DNA from: a virus
Lineage: Duplodnaviria; Caudoviricetes
Reading direction: 5' to 3' (one strand)
Virus record (IMG/VR): IMGVR_UViG_3300036799_000025
Location: 1-59,099 of that record
Length of the DNA: 59,099 bases
Both the position numbers and the translations under genes were made by a program. This document shows, piece after piece, positions 28,441-37,229 of the stretch. Every line of letters starts with the position of its first letter. Position 1 is the first letter of the stretch. The notes beneath the pieces are model-generated. The model was not told the DNA's origin, did no database searches, and was given only the letters and a program-made list of their open reading frames with translations.

Positions 28441-28645
28441 GTTCACGCCTATTCATCAAGCGCACCACTGAAACTCGATTCATCTGCGGCGATGACTAGC
28501 TACGCTGAGCACAGGCGTAAGTAGCGGGCTCTCACGAGCTGCCAGCTTGCCAGACGGCTTCACGAGTGTAGCACTATGCCGCTTCGGGGCCGCGCTCGAC
28601 TTCACAAGAGTCGACCGGCCCCTTCGTCTTGTCCTAACGATGAGC

Positions 28646-29278
28646 CTAGCGATACGCCTTCGTGCAGCGACAGCGACGACCGCAGAGACGCTCGCCGATC
28701 GGCGTGATCGTGCCGAGCTTCACCCACCCGAGCGCAGTCATCTCTAGGCACTCGTCGCAGTGATCAGCAGGATGCAGCACGTTGCGCTCTTGCGTCATGC
28801 CTGCTTCGCGCATCATGCGCGTTCTGACCAGCTCATACGCGTGACGCCCTGCTTCGCTGTACAGGCCTGCGCGATTCGAGAGCGAGCCGCCTAAGGTCTG
28901 CGTGCCATCAGCGATCGAGCGCGCGAAGCCTTCGAGATACTCGTACTCAGTCTGCACGAGCTTCCCGATCTGCGAGAGATCGCCTTGCGTGAGCTGCGCC
29001 CAACCGCCACGCGCAAGCGCGCCAGAATAGAGCTGCGTGTCTTTGATCGCGATCTTCATCTCTGCGCGCCACGCTTCGAGCGAGATCGTACCTGCACGCA
29101 GCTCGCTCGCTAGCTCATTCATGCGCAGCTCAGAGTTACGCAGCGACAGATCGAGCTGCCGTCTGATCTCGTCGTTACTGACGAAGCGCCCGTTCGGCGC
29201 GATGTACCTGCCTGCGCTTTCGTTCCAGCGATAGCTGCTGCCGCGAGGCGCAGAGCGCATCTGCGCGCGCGACGGCAT
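28646..29278 (-). CDS. Head morphogenesis/minor capsid protein (gpF/gp7-like)
   Basis: GRYIAPNGRFVS; HCDEC..PIGERLCGRRCRC. Confidence 0.7.
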   Translation of the reverse strand: MPSRAQMRSAPRGSSYRWNESAGRYIAPNGRFVSNDEIRRQLDLSLRNSELRMNELASELRAGTISLEAWRAEMKIAIKDTQLYSGALARGGWAQLTQGDLSQIGKLVQTEYEYLEGFARSIADGTQTLGGSLSNRAGLYSEAGRHAYELVRTRMMREAGMTQERNVLHPADHCDECLEMTALGWVKLGTITPIGERLCGRRCRCTKAYR

Positions 29279-29619
29279 CAGTCGTCGTCGCTATCAGGCG
29301 TCCACTGCTTCGGCTTGTACTTGCCGCGCTCGTGCAGGCGCTCATGCTCGTCGGCTTCGTCGTCTGTCGCGTCAGCCAGCGAGCGATTCTTCTCTCGCGT
29401 CTCAGGCGTCGACAGCCCCCACGCGTCGATAGTCCTGACGTCGATGCCAAGCGGGTTGTCGATGATTGAGACTGTCTCGACGTACGGATCGACGTGCTCG
29501 CCGCGTGCGACAGCACGTGCGCGCTCGATCAGCAGACACTTCGTCGCTTCGCTGACGCGCACTGTCGTATTCTGATCTGTCGAGACGTCCCACCACTCTT
29601 GCGGCAGCTCTGCGCTCAT
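29278..29619 (-). CDS. Hypothetical protein
   Basis: Coupled ORF in the head module. Confidence 0.55.
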   Translation of the reverse strand: MSAELPQEWWDVSTDQNTTVRVSEATKCLLIERARAVARGEHVDPYVETVSIIDNPLGIDVRTIDAWGLSTPETREKNRSLADATDDEADEHERLHERGKYKPKQWTPDSDDD

Positions 29620-29622
29620 CGC

Positions 29623-29802
29623 TCACACTCCTGATCGAATCAGCTCGCGCGTGTCGAGTCGCGCATCGAGTAAGCGCTTGATCAGCGTCGTGCATTCGCG
29701 TCGTGCCGTCTCGCGTGCGTGCACGACGTCGCTACTCTCGATCTGTGCGTCAGCGCGCAGCGCGTCAGCACTTTGCGGTGTAAGCGAGTGATCACGTGGC
29801 AT
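29623..29802 (-). CDS. 59-aa ORF missing from the ORF track (MPRDHSLTPQSADALRADAQIESSDV...KRLLDARL)
   Basis: Translated by hand; fills the gap between genes; resembles small phage head-module proteins. Confidence 0.55.
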   Translation of the reverse strand: MPRDHSLTPQSADALRADAQIESSDVVHARETARRECTTLIKRLLDARLDTRELIRSGV

Positions 29803-29876
29803 CAGCAGGGCCGTCGTAAGCCAAGCAGCAGAGAGGAAGCGCTACTGACGCCACGCGATCACGTCGATCGCTTACA
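29779..29876 (-). promoter_or_regulatory. Long hairpin sequestering the start codon at 29802
   Basis: 21-bp stem (29788-29808 with 29842-29862, three G.U pairs on minus) plus a 9-bp basal stem. Confidence 0.7.
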
Positions 29877-30171
29877 GCGGCCCTGGAATGTTGCCTTTCT
29901 TCGTCACGCGAAAGCGCGCCTTGCGATATGCAGTCTTGCGCGTTTGCGCTGCGAGCGCAGCATGACCTTGCGACTTCTGCGTGATGCCCATCGCGCCCAT
30001 CTTGTTGCCGCTGCCTGCGTACGATGACTTCGCAGGCACGCGCGAGCGCGGGTGCACCGTTGCGCTGCCAGTGTTTGCGCGCGACGCGCTCGCATTCGAG
30101 AAGTTGCTGCGACTGCGCCCGCTCGACGATGTCTTGCCGCCGCCGACGTAGCCCGGTCGTCCTTTCGCCAT
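29872..30171 (-). CDS. Highly basic G/S/K/R-rich protein
   Basis: GGAGG RBS; no acidic residues from this start. Confidence 0.65.
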   Translation of the reverse strand: MAKGRPGYVGGGKTSSSGRSRSNFSNASASRANTGSATVHPRSRVPAKSSYAGSGNKMGAMGITQKSQGHAALAAQTRKTAYRKARFRVTKKGNIPGPL

Positions 30172-30260
30172 CGTGATAACCTCCACTCAGAAGAGCTGCA
30201 GACGCTTGCCAAGTCGATGAGCAGTCTATCGGTTGCGCACGTCACGCGCCAGCGCAGCGC

Positions 30261-32261
30261 TCAGATCTTCGGCAATCGACGCGGGAAAGCTCCTGGCTGC
30301 GGTAGGCCTGTCTTTGCAGGCTGATTCGGTGCGCCGCGCGTCGGTGCGCCTGTCGGCGCGCCTGTCGGCGGCGCTCCCGGCGCTGCCGTGATTGGTCGAC
30401 CTTGCGCGTCGAGCTGCTGCATCGGCGGCGCTGCGGCGAGATCCTTTACCATCTTCGCGATGATCGCTTGCTCATCGTCTGACAGGTGCGCTAGCTCAGC
30501 GGCTGCCTCTTCTGACAGGCCCGCGCTGATCCAGAAGCCGTAGACTTCCGCCTTCAGCTTCTGTACTTCGAGATCGCCGCCGTCTTGCTCCATGATGCGC
30601 TGCAGCTCAGCGTCAGGATCTGCGACGTCTGAGCGCTCCATGATCGTCTGACGCGACATATAGCCTGCCTGTCCTGCTGCGATATCGTTTGCACGCTCCT
30701 GCGTCGAGAGCGGGCCCGTATCGATCGCGCAGTTAAAGCTCGCGCGCAGCGTCTTTGTGTACTTGCCTGGGACGTTCGCGAACACTTCCGCCCACGCCAT
30801 GACGGTCTCGATCAGCCAGCGTCCTGTGCGCTCGACCGGCGTCTGCGTGAGCTTCAGCGATTGCTCAAAATCAGCACGCGACTGCTCGCGACTCTTGCCG
30901 CTCGGCGTCGCTTCGCCTGTAATGAGAATGTGTGCCTGATCGCACTCTTCGAGAATGTCACGATACGCTTCGCGCTTCGCTTCGATCGACGCCGTCGGCG
31001 GCACCGGCGGTCGATTGACGACGCTCGGCGACGTGACGTGCTTGTTTCCTGTCGCGTCGTCGTACTCGATAGGCGCAATCCATTGCGTGACGCCTGCGCC
31101 GCGCACGTACGGCTCAGGCACCCACTTGCGTGCTGTGCCTTCGCCCTCGAAGTGTCCCGGCATCGCGCCGCCGAGGATGATCTGCTCAAGAAAGCCGCCT
31201 GTCGTCACGTTTCGCGGGATCATCGAATTCGCGAAGTTCAGCGCCTTCTGCGCGTCGCGCACCTGATGCGAGATGAACGGCTCGCGTGTCAGCTCGCTCA
31301 TGAGCAGACGCTTCCCAAGGTCGAAGCGCGCCTGCACCTGACCGCCCGGGTTCGCATCAGTCGTCGCCTGCTGTGAGCTGCTCGTGCCGACAGTCGCGAG
31401 CACAGTCATGTTGCCGTCATCGAGATACGTCAGCTCGACGCGCATCTGCGCGCTCTGCTGCTGATCGATGCGTGCCTGCACATTGCAGACGCCGATCTCG
31501 TCGAGTCGCGTCGGGTCTTCGTACACGTGCGCCATTTCGACTTCGGGCACGTCGATATGGATCTTCGACAGCGCGTCTTCGATATCGCCTGCTTTGACCT
31601 GCAGCACTTTGCGCGACGACGCCGAGCCGTCTTCTGCGACGACTTCCTCAGTCGAGAGCAGTGCGGCAGGGACATAGAGGCGCATCACAGCACGTCCTGG
31701 CGCTGAGATCTTGCGCAGCGCGCCGTTCGCGGTCATGCCGCCGCCGACGTTCTGCGTGTCGATCATCGTATTCGTGCCGCTGATCGGCATCGAGCCGCCT
31801 GAATACAGCAGCTTGCGCGTCGCGTCCTGAAAGCGCTCGATCGAGCGGACGTTATTCCACCACGTTGTCAGGAAGGCTTCAGCTTCGTCGATGAGCGTCT
31901 GCTCTTCCTTCGTCGGCTTTTCGCCTTCCTTTAACGCGCGCTTGACAGACAGCCCCCATGTCGGCTCGCGACCGACGACGCTCGCGACGTGCCGCTCGAT
32001 GACTTCTTTGATGACGTTGCGTGCGGTGAAGCCGCGCTCGATCTCTGCGACTGACGCTGATGCTGTCTCGTCAGTCCAGTCAGGCCACGGGCCGATCCAG
32101 CCTTCGCCGCCTTGCCAGTGATCGCCGAGATAGAAGAGGCGATTCTTCGCGAGCGATCGCATGTCGAGTCCTGCTGCGACGACCTGCATCGCTTCTGTCT
32201 GCCCCCACTGCGAGAACGGCTTCAGCGGCCAGCTTCCGATTGCCGTGCCTGGAAACGTCAT
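30261..32261 (-). CDS. Portal protein
   Basis: FYLGDHWQGGEGWIGP..NVIKEVIERH; directly after TerL. Confidence 0.85.
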   Translation of the reverse strand: MTFPGTAIGSWPLKPFSQWGQTEAMQVVAAGLDMRSLAKNRLFYLGDHWQGGEGWIGPWPDWTDETASASVAEIERGFTARNVIKEVIERHVASVVGREPTWGLSVKRALKEGEKPTKEEQTLIDEAEAFLTTWWNNVRSIERFQDATRKLLYSGGSMPISGTNTMIDTQNVGGGMTANGALRKISAPGRAVMRLYVPAALLSTEEVVAEDGSASSRKVLQVKAGDIEDALSKIHIDVPEVEMAHVYEDPTRLDEIGVCNVQARIDQQQSAQMRVELTYLDDGNMTVLATVGTSSSQQATTDANPGGQVQARFDLGKRLLMSELTREPFISHQVRDAQKALNFANSMIPRNVTTGGFLEQIILGGAMPGHFEGEGTARKWVPEPYVRGAGVTQWIAPIEYDDATGNKHVTSPSVVNRPPVPPTASIEAKREAYRDILEECDQAHILITGEATPSGKSREQSRADFEQSLKLTQTPVERTGRWLIETVMAWAEVFANVPGKYTKTLRASFNCAIDTGPLSTQERANDIAAGQAGYMSRQTIMERSDVADPDAELQRIMEQDGGDLEVQKLKAEVYGFWISAGLSEEAAAELAHLSDDEQAIIAKMVKDLAAAPPMQQLDAQGRPITAAPGAPPTGAPTGAPTRGAPNQPAKTGLPQPGAFPRRLPKI

Positions 32262-32425
32262 CGCTTTCCTCTCAGGAGTTTGATGAGCGCACGCTTACGC
32301 TCTGCCTCGCGCGTATCGCGCAGCGCACGACATCGCTGCTTCTCACGTCGCGCACGACGCTCTAATTCGAGATCACGTGCGCGCGTCACTTCGCGCCAGA
32401 AGGCGGAAACCTGCTCGTCAGTCAT
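32258..32425 (-). CDS. 55-aa Arg-rich ORF missing from the ORF track
   Basis: MTDEQVSAFWREVTRARDLELERRARREKQRCRALR...; ATGA overlap with the portal gene. Confidence 0.55.
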   Translation of the reverse strand: MTDEQVSAFWREVTRARDLELERRARREKQRCRALRDTREAERKRALIKLLRGKR

Positions 32426-32431
32426 GCGCTC

Positions 32432-32460
32432 ATGATACTGCGAGCGCTGCGCCTACGCTA
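32432..32460 (-). promoter_or_regulatory. Promoter P7 (second class)
   Basis: TAGCGT-N17-TATCAT; predicted start falls at the ATG at 32425. Confidence 0.5.
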
Positions 32461-34102
32461 CGCGACGCTGCGTGCGCGTGCCTGGGTTCGTCGACGTCGG
32501 CACTCTGAGCACGACCTTATTGACTGCGCCTGAGCACGAGTCGACGACGTCGTCGTGCGCACCGTTCGGGAAGTCAGCCAGCTCGCGCCTGACTGCGCCG
32601 TTCCACGTTGCTTTGAGCATGCGCACCATGCTGCTCTCGACCATCGACGCGAAGGGGATAGCGCGCGCGAGCTTATTGCCTGACGACGCGCCGACGCGAT
32701 CGATGTAGACGCGCTGCGCGCCCTGCGCGAGCAGGATCTTCCTGAACATGATGCCTGCATCGACGCCGCCGTCGCCGCCGCCTGATTCGCCCCACGTCGT
32801 CAGGCGTGCGCCGAATCGAGCACGATCGCGCATCTCGCAGCGCTTGATCTTCTCATCGCGCTCGCCCGGGCCCCACTGCCCGCGCTCGACGTCGAGCAGA
32901 TAGATCATCTCGCTCGCGACGTCAAAGCCGACGAGCGCGCCGACTGAGTAGTCGCCGTCGTTCTCTGTCGCGGCCTTGTCCCAATACCTGACGACGCGGA
33001 GCACGCTCCACGGCACGTCGACGTCAGCGACGAGCGTGAGATGCTCGATCTTAAAGAGCAGGCCTGACTTCGGGCGCGGTCGCTGCTGATAGAGCGCAGC
33101 CCAATAGTACGGCCCGACGCGGCGCATGATCTTCAGCAAGCGCTCACGCGGGTAGCGCTCCGGCGCGAGCGCTTCGCCAGGCTGACGCCAGTCAGGTTCG
33201 ACGGTGCACGTCGGCGGCCAGAGCGGCCTGCCGTCTGTCTCTTCGACCTTCGCGATCTCTTCAGGCGACGACTTCAGCGCCTCGAAGTTCACGATATGCC
33301 AGCGCTCAGGCTCTGCGTCTTCAGCGCCTTCGTGCTCTGCTTCCTGCCACTCTTCGCTCAGCAGCCAGCCTGCTAAGTCGTCTTCGTTCCAGCGCTGCTG
33401 AATGATGACGATCGCGGCGTCAGGCTCAGCGCGCGTGAAGAATGTCGAGCGATACCACTCCTTGTGACCGGCGCGTACACGATCTGACGCTGCCTCTTCC
33501 GCATTCTTGACCGGATCATCGATCAGGCCGAGATGAAAGCCTTTGCCTAAGATCGCGCCGCCGACGCCTGCAGCCCACAGACCGCCGCCGCGTCCTGTCT
33601 CCCACTGCTTGACCGCGCCGACTGACTGACGCTCGTGCGCTGTGTAGTAGTAGGTGCGCGCTGCGCGTGAGAGCGTGTGCGCTAGCTCGGCCGTGTGCGC
33701 GCAGAGCCCGACCCAGCGCTCAGGATGACGATAGAGATAGTACGCAGGAAAGAGACGCGAGACGGCTTCTGACTTGCCGTGCCGAGGCGGCGCGAAGATG
33801 AGCACACGCTTCTTGAGCCCATCAGCGACCTGCTGCAGTACGCCTGCGAGCACGAGCGCGTAGCGATACCAGCGATAGCGCATGCCGCTGACGCGATCGA
33901 CGAAGTCTTTGTACGCGATCGGTGCAGCGCCGTTCGCGGTGTCGTCGATGAGCTGATACCAACGCGCCTGCTCAGCAGGCGTCATGAAGCTCAGCGCGAG
34001 CTGCTGCTCAGGCGTCAGCGGTCGTATCGAGCCGACGACCTGCGCTGCGTCTTCGATCTGCTCGCCGTCCCTGACGTCGCGAGCTGCTGCTGCGTCGCTC
34101 AT
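32453..34102 (-). CDS. terL: Terminase large subunit
   Basis: PPRHGKS Walker A, LIDDP Walker B, YWDKA and HDDVVD nuclease motifs. Confidence 0.95.
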   Translation of the reverse strand: MSDAAAARDVRDGEQIEDAAQVVGSIRPLTPEQQLALSFMTPAEQARWYQLIDDTANGAAPIAYKDFVDRVSGMRYRWYRYALVLAGVLQQVADGLKKRVLIFAPPRHGKSEAVSRLFPAYYLYRHPERWVGLCAHTAELAHTLSRAARTYYYTAHERQSVGAVKQWETGRGGGLWAAGVGGAILGKGFHLGLIDDPVKNAEEAASDRVRAGHKEWYRSTFFTRAEPDAAIVIIQQRWNEDDLAGWLLSEEWQEAEHEGAEDAEPERWHIVNFEALKSSPEEIAKVEETDGRPLWPPTCTVEPDWRQPGEALAPERYPRERLLKIMRRVGPYYWAALYQQRPRPKSGLLFKIEHLTLVADVDVPWSVLRVVRYWDKAATENDGDYSVGALVGFDVASEMIYLLDVERGQWGPGERDEKIKRCEMRDRARFGARLTTWGESGGGDGGVDAGIMFRKILLAQGAQRVYIDRVGASSGNKLARAIPFASMVESSMVRMLKATWNGAVRRELADFPNGAHDDVVDSCSGAVNKVVLRVPTSTNPGTRTQRRVA

Positions 34103-34112
34103 GTAACGTCTG

Positions 34113-34409
34113 TCAGCGCTGCAACGGGTGTTGCATCGTCGACGGGTGCTGCGCGCTCAGGAGCTGCGCGCGATGCAGCTCAGCGTAGTAGCTCGCGAGC
34201 GGATGATCGAGCGGGTGCATCTCGCCTGTCTTGACGAAATACGTGCAGGCGTCGATGTACGCGCAGTGCGCTGCGAGCCCGCTGCTGCAGCTCTCCTGTA
34301 TCTCATGCTGCGCTTTCGTGAGCCTGCCCTCATCGTTGCGCTCATCGCGCCGCCTGACGAGTGCCGCAGTCGAGCGGCCTTCCTTCTGTAGCTCAGCGAA
34401 GGTTTTCAT
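34113..34409 (-). CDS. Hypothetical protein
   Basis: MKTFAEL start. Confidence 0.5.
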   Translation of the reverse strand: MKTFAELQKEGRSTAALVRRRDERNDEGRLTKAQHEIQESCSSGLAAHCAYIDACTYFVKTGEMHPLDHPLASYYAELHRAQLLSAQHPSTMQHPLQR

Positions 34410-34563
34410 CGTGCGCAGCCCTGCTGTCCGCACAAGTGAGAAGTAGCGTGCCGCAATTCGCGCAGCGGATCTCGCAGTGATTGCACGCCTTGCCTGTCGC
34501 ATCGCAGACAGGGCAGTGCTCGATCCATTTCGGCACGAGAGGCGACGACGCTGCTGTCAGCAT
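34393..34563 (-). CDS. 56-aa Zn-finger microprotein missing from the ORF track
   Basis: MLTAASSPLVPKWIEHCPVCDATGKACNHCEIRCANCGTLLLTCAD. Confidence 0.6.
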   Translation of the reverse strand: MLTAASSPLVPKWIEHCPVCDATGKACNHCEIRCANCGTLLLTCADSRAAHDENLR

Positions 34564-34740
34564 TTACGAGGCTTGTGTAGATCGAGAAAGGTTAAACTCG
34601 ATCGAGCAATGAGCGACAGAAGTACAAGCCTTACTCCTGCAGTGGCGACTCGCCTCAGCGACTGGATGCTTCAGCGTAGGACGGTTGCAGGTGCGAGCTG
34701 CCCAATGACCAAACACAGCTCTCGTGCTGACAGCGACGTC
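34547..34740 (-). ncRNA. Candidate structured RNA / cis-regulatory multi-stem element (~195 nt)
   Basis: Nested perfect inverted repeats GCTGTCAGCA, GAGCTG, CCTGCA, AGGCTTGT, GATCGAG; strand not certain. Confidence 0.55.
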
Positions 34741-34745
34741 GATCG

Positions 34746-34844
34746 TCATTGATGCTTCAGGCCTGCTGCGATCGCGATCATCGACGCGAGCAGCAACACG
34801 ATTGCGAGCACGACGACGCACAGCACGACGATCGTGATGATCAT
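34746..34844 (-). CDS. 32-aa single-TM peptide
   Basis: MIITIVVLCVVVLAIVLLLASMIAIAAGLKHQ. Confidence 0.45.
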   Translation of the reverse strand: MIITIVVLCVVVLAIVLLLASMIAIAAGLKHQ

Positions 34845-34894
34845 CTCGCAGCCGAGCGCGACGTGATGACGCGTCAAACGCATCGTAGCGCAGC

Positions 34895-35803
34895 TCAGAC
34901 TTCCATCGACTGAATCGCCCAAAAGTCGTCTGCGTTCCGATAGCCGCGCGCGCAGAGCCAATTCATGAGGATATACACGTCACCTTTGTCGCCGAAGCCT
35001 TCGCTCCACGAGCCGCGCGTGAGACCCCACTCACGACGATCTCTCGGCACGCGCCACGACAGCGTCTCGTACCCGAAGAGATAGGTGCAGTGCCCGCCAC
35101 GCAGCGGCGCATTCGCAGGCGGCTCGTGCATCACGCCGTCGCTGCCGACATTCTCATACGCGTCGTACACTGAGAAGCCGAAGACGACCGGCGTGCGCGC
35201 TGCGAGCGCAGCCTTCACGTGCGTCTGCACGCCGTTGTTATCGATCGTCGCGTACGTTAGCGCCTGATGCTTGATCGCTTCGTCATACGCGCTCTGCGGC
35301 GGCTTCTCAGTGAAACGCGCAATGTTGTACGGCCAGAGCGTCTCAGGCGCGACGCCGAGCTTCGCGACAGACTTGATGCCGTCTCGAATGAACGCGCCTG
35401 CGTCGTCATTGATCGAGCCTTCCATCGCGCGCTCGTTATAGTAGATCTGCAGGCGGCTCATGAGCGTGCGCACAGCGCCGATGCCCATGCGGTTGTAGCA
35501 CTCTTCGACGACGGCTGCGATGCCGTTGCCAGTGCACGAGCCGAGCGCGCCTTGATCCTTTGCAGGACTCAGTGTGCCATCTTCACGCAGATCGACCTTC
35601 GACGGCAGCTTTGTGAGCGACGGCGCTTTGACGCCGCGAAACTTCGCTGCCTTCTTTGGGTCGAAGACGAAGTCGTTATGATCGGCAGGCTCAGGCTCCC
35701 AGCCTGCGAAGCGCCCACTCGGCAAGATGTGACGCGCCGACTTTGTGATCGACTCGATCGAGATGACGTCGCGCGCTTGCGCGGCCTTGCGAGCAGGTGT
35801 CAC
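34895..35803 (-). CDS. Papain-like C1A cysteine peptidase
   Basis: LPSKVDLR, DQGALGSCT, GGHC, RGSW; GTG start after GAGGG. Confidence 0.9.
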   Translation of the reverse strand: MTPARKAAQARDVISIESITKSARHILPSGRFAGWEPEPADHNDFVFDPKKAAKFRGVKAPSLTKLPSKVDLREDGTLSPAKDQGALGSCTGNGIAAVVEECYNRMGIGAVRTLMSRLQIYYNERAMEGSINDDAGAFIRDGIKSVAKLGVAPETLWPYNIARFTEKPPQSAYDEAIKHQALTYATIDNNGVQTHVKAALAARTPVVFGFSVYDAYENVGSDGVMHEPPANAPLRGGHCTYLFGYETLSWRVPRDRREWGLTRGSWSEGFGDKGDVYILMNWLCARGYRNADDFWAIQSMEV

Positions 35804-35840
35804 TGAGACGTGCCCTCGGTTGGAGATGAGCGAAGCGTCA

Positions 35841-36113
35841 TCAGGCGTCGACGACGAGTAGATCGCTAGAGCCGACCGCTTCGAGAATCGCGCCAAGCGC
35901 ACGCTTGACGCCGTGCTTCCGCGTGTACGACTCGCCTGAGTCTGCGAGGATCTTGCCGTTACGACTGACGAGACGCCAGCGCCAGCCTGTGCGCACGTTG
36001 CTCGCGTCCTGATAGATCTCGAAGCGCGGCTTCTGTACGCGCAGCGACGCTGCGCGCCTGCGTCGCGTGACACGCACGCCGTTCAGCTCAGCGCCGACTG
36101 CGTAGCGCGTCAT
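35841..36113 (-). CDS. YegP/DUF1508 family protein
   Basis: FEIYQD..WRWRLVSRNGKILADSGESY. Confidence 0.85.
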   Translation of the reverse strand: MTRYAVGAELNGVRVTRRRRAASLRVQKPRFEIYQDASNVRTGWRWRLVSRNGKILADSGESYTRKHGVKRALGAILEAVGSSDLLVVDA

Positions 36114-36400
36114 TTACGATGCTCCTGCTCTGCGATGAGTGTCTCTGCGAGCGCTTCGAGCCCGAGACTGCCGACGATGTACTGATCTTCTCGAAAGCCG
36201 TTCTCGTAGACCCATATACGCTCGTCGCCGATCGCATCAGCGAGCGCTCGATAGCGCGCCGCATCGCGCTCTAGCGCTTCCTGCTCGATTAGGCTGTCGC
36301 CTTCACACTCGTCAGCCGTGCGCGGCGCATTCTCCGGCGCGTTCTCGATCATGACTGTGCCTGTCGTTCGATGCGTCGCTGCTCTGCCTGTGACGTCCAC
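36110..36400 (-). CDS. Hypothetical protein with DAxRYR motif
   Basis: LERDAARYRAL. Confidence 0.55.
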   Translation of the reverse strand: MDVTGRAATHRTTGTVMIENAPENAPRTADECEGDSLIEQEALERDAARYRALADAIGDERIWVYENGFREDQYIVGSLGLEALAETLIAEQEHRK

Positions 36401-37110
36401 AGCTCGTCTGCGACCTGATCGAGCCCGTCGGCATCGTACGGCTTATGATTGCGTACCTGCGCAGTGTGCAGATCGATTGCGTCGTTTTCTTCTGCGATCA
36501 GCGCGCGCAGTGCACGATAGCGATTCGCATCACGCAGCAGATCGCCGAGGATCTGCGTCGTCTGCTCGCCTTGCTCGTCAGTGTCTGTGATTGTGAAGAG
36601 CTGCACCGCCTGTGCATTGCTCGACGCTTCCTGTCGCGCCTTGTTCAGGATTACATCGACGACGCGCGCCTCTTCGAGCGTGATATTGAGCAGGTTCGCT
36701 GTCAGCTCGATCGTGCGCTCGTGCAGCGCAGTGCTGCCGTCTATCTGCTCATGCATCTCGATCTGCTCGATCTTCACGATCACGACAGACTTCGCAGAGT
36801 CGACGTCGATCTCGATGCGCTTCGCGTTCTGAATGCTCTTGCCGTCGATCAGCAGCTCAGCATTCATCGGCAGATCGCGCGACACGAGCACGACGCGGTG
36901 CTCGCCTTCCCACGATCGCTGCCCGCTGTGCAGGTCGACTGCGTTGCTGTGCTCAGCCTTGCCTTCGCGCGTGAGTGCTTCAGCGACGAGCGGCGCGAGC
37001 TTGTGGCACTTACGGCACGCAACGTCGTCGACACGATTGCGTGTACCGCACAGCTTGCAGGTCCAGCCTGCGCCGCTCGGCGGTCCGAGTCGCTGTGCTG
37101 CGTTGCTCAT
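36349..37110 (-). CDS. RanBP2-type Zn-finger protein with C-terminal DAxRYR motif
   Basis: WTCKLCGTRN....ACRKC; RDANRYRAL. Confidence 0.65.
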   Translation of the reverse strand: MSNAAQRLGPPSGAGWTCKLCGTRNRVDDVACRKCHKLAPLVAEALTREGKAEHSNAVDLHSGQRSWEGEHRVVLVSRDLPMNAELLIDGKSIQNAKRIEIDVDSAKSVVIVKIEQIEMHEQIDGSTALHERTIELTANLLNITLEEARVVDVILNKARQEASSNAQAVQLFTITDTDEQGEQTTQILGDLLRDANRYRALRALIAEENDAIDLHTAQVRNHKPYDADGLDQVADELWTSQAEQRRIERQAQS

Positions 37111-37229
37111 TGCTCATACCTCGCTTGAATGTGAGTGAAGTGTCGTGCGTACGGCGCAGACATCAGGTCGCGTCAGGTCGGAAGTCCCACCCTCAGGTCG
37201 CGTCTCTCTGCCCGTACGCACGCCTTCAG

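Noticed and set aside
34445-34540. Second apparent RNA domain (CGTGCCG/CGGCACG, GGATC/GATCC)
   Set aside because: It lies within the Zn-finger microprotein ORF 34393-34563, so the pairing may be incidental
34636-34691. tRNA-like cloverleaf
   Set aside because: Arms are too short, with no T-loop consensus or CCA end
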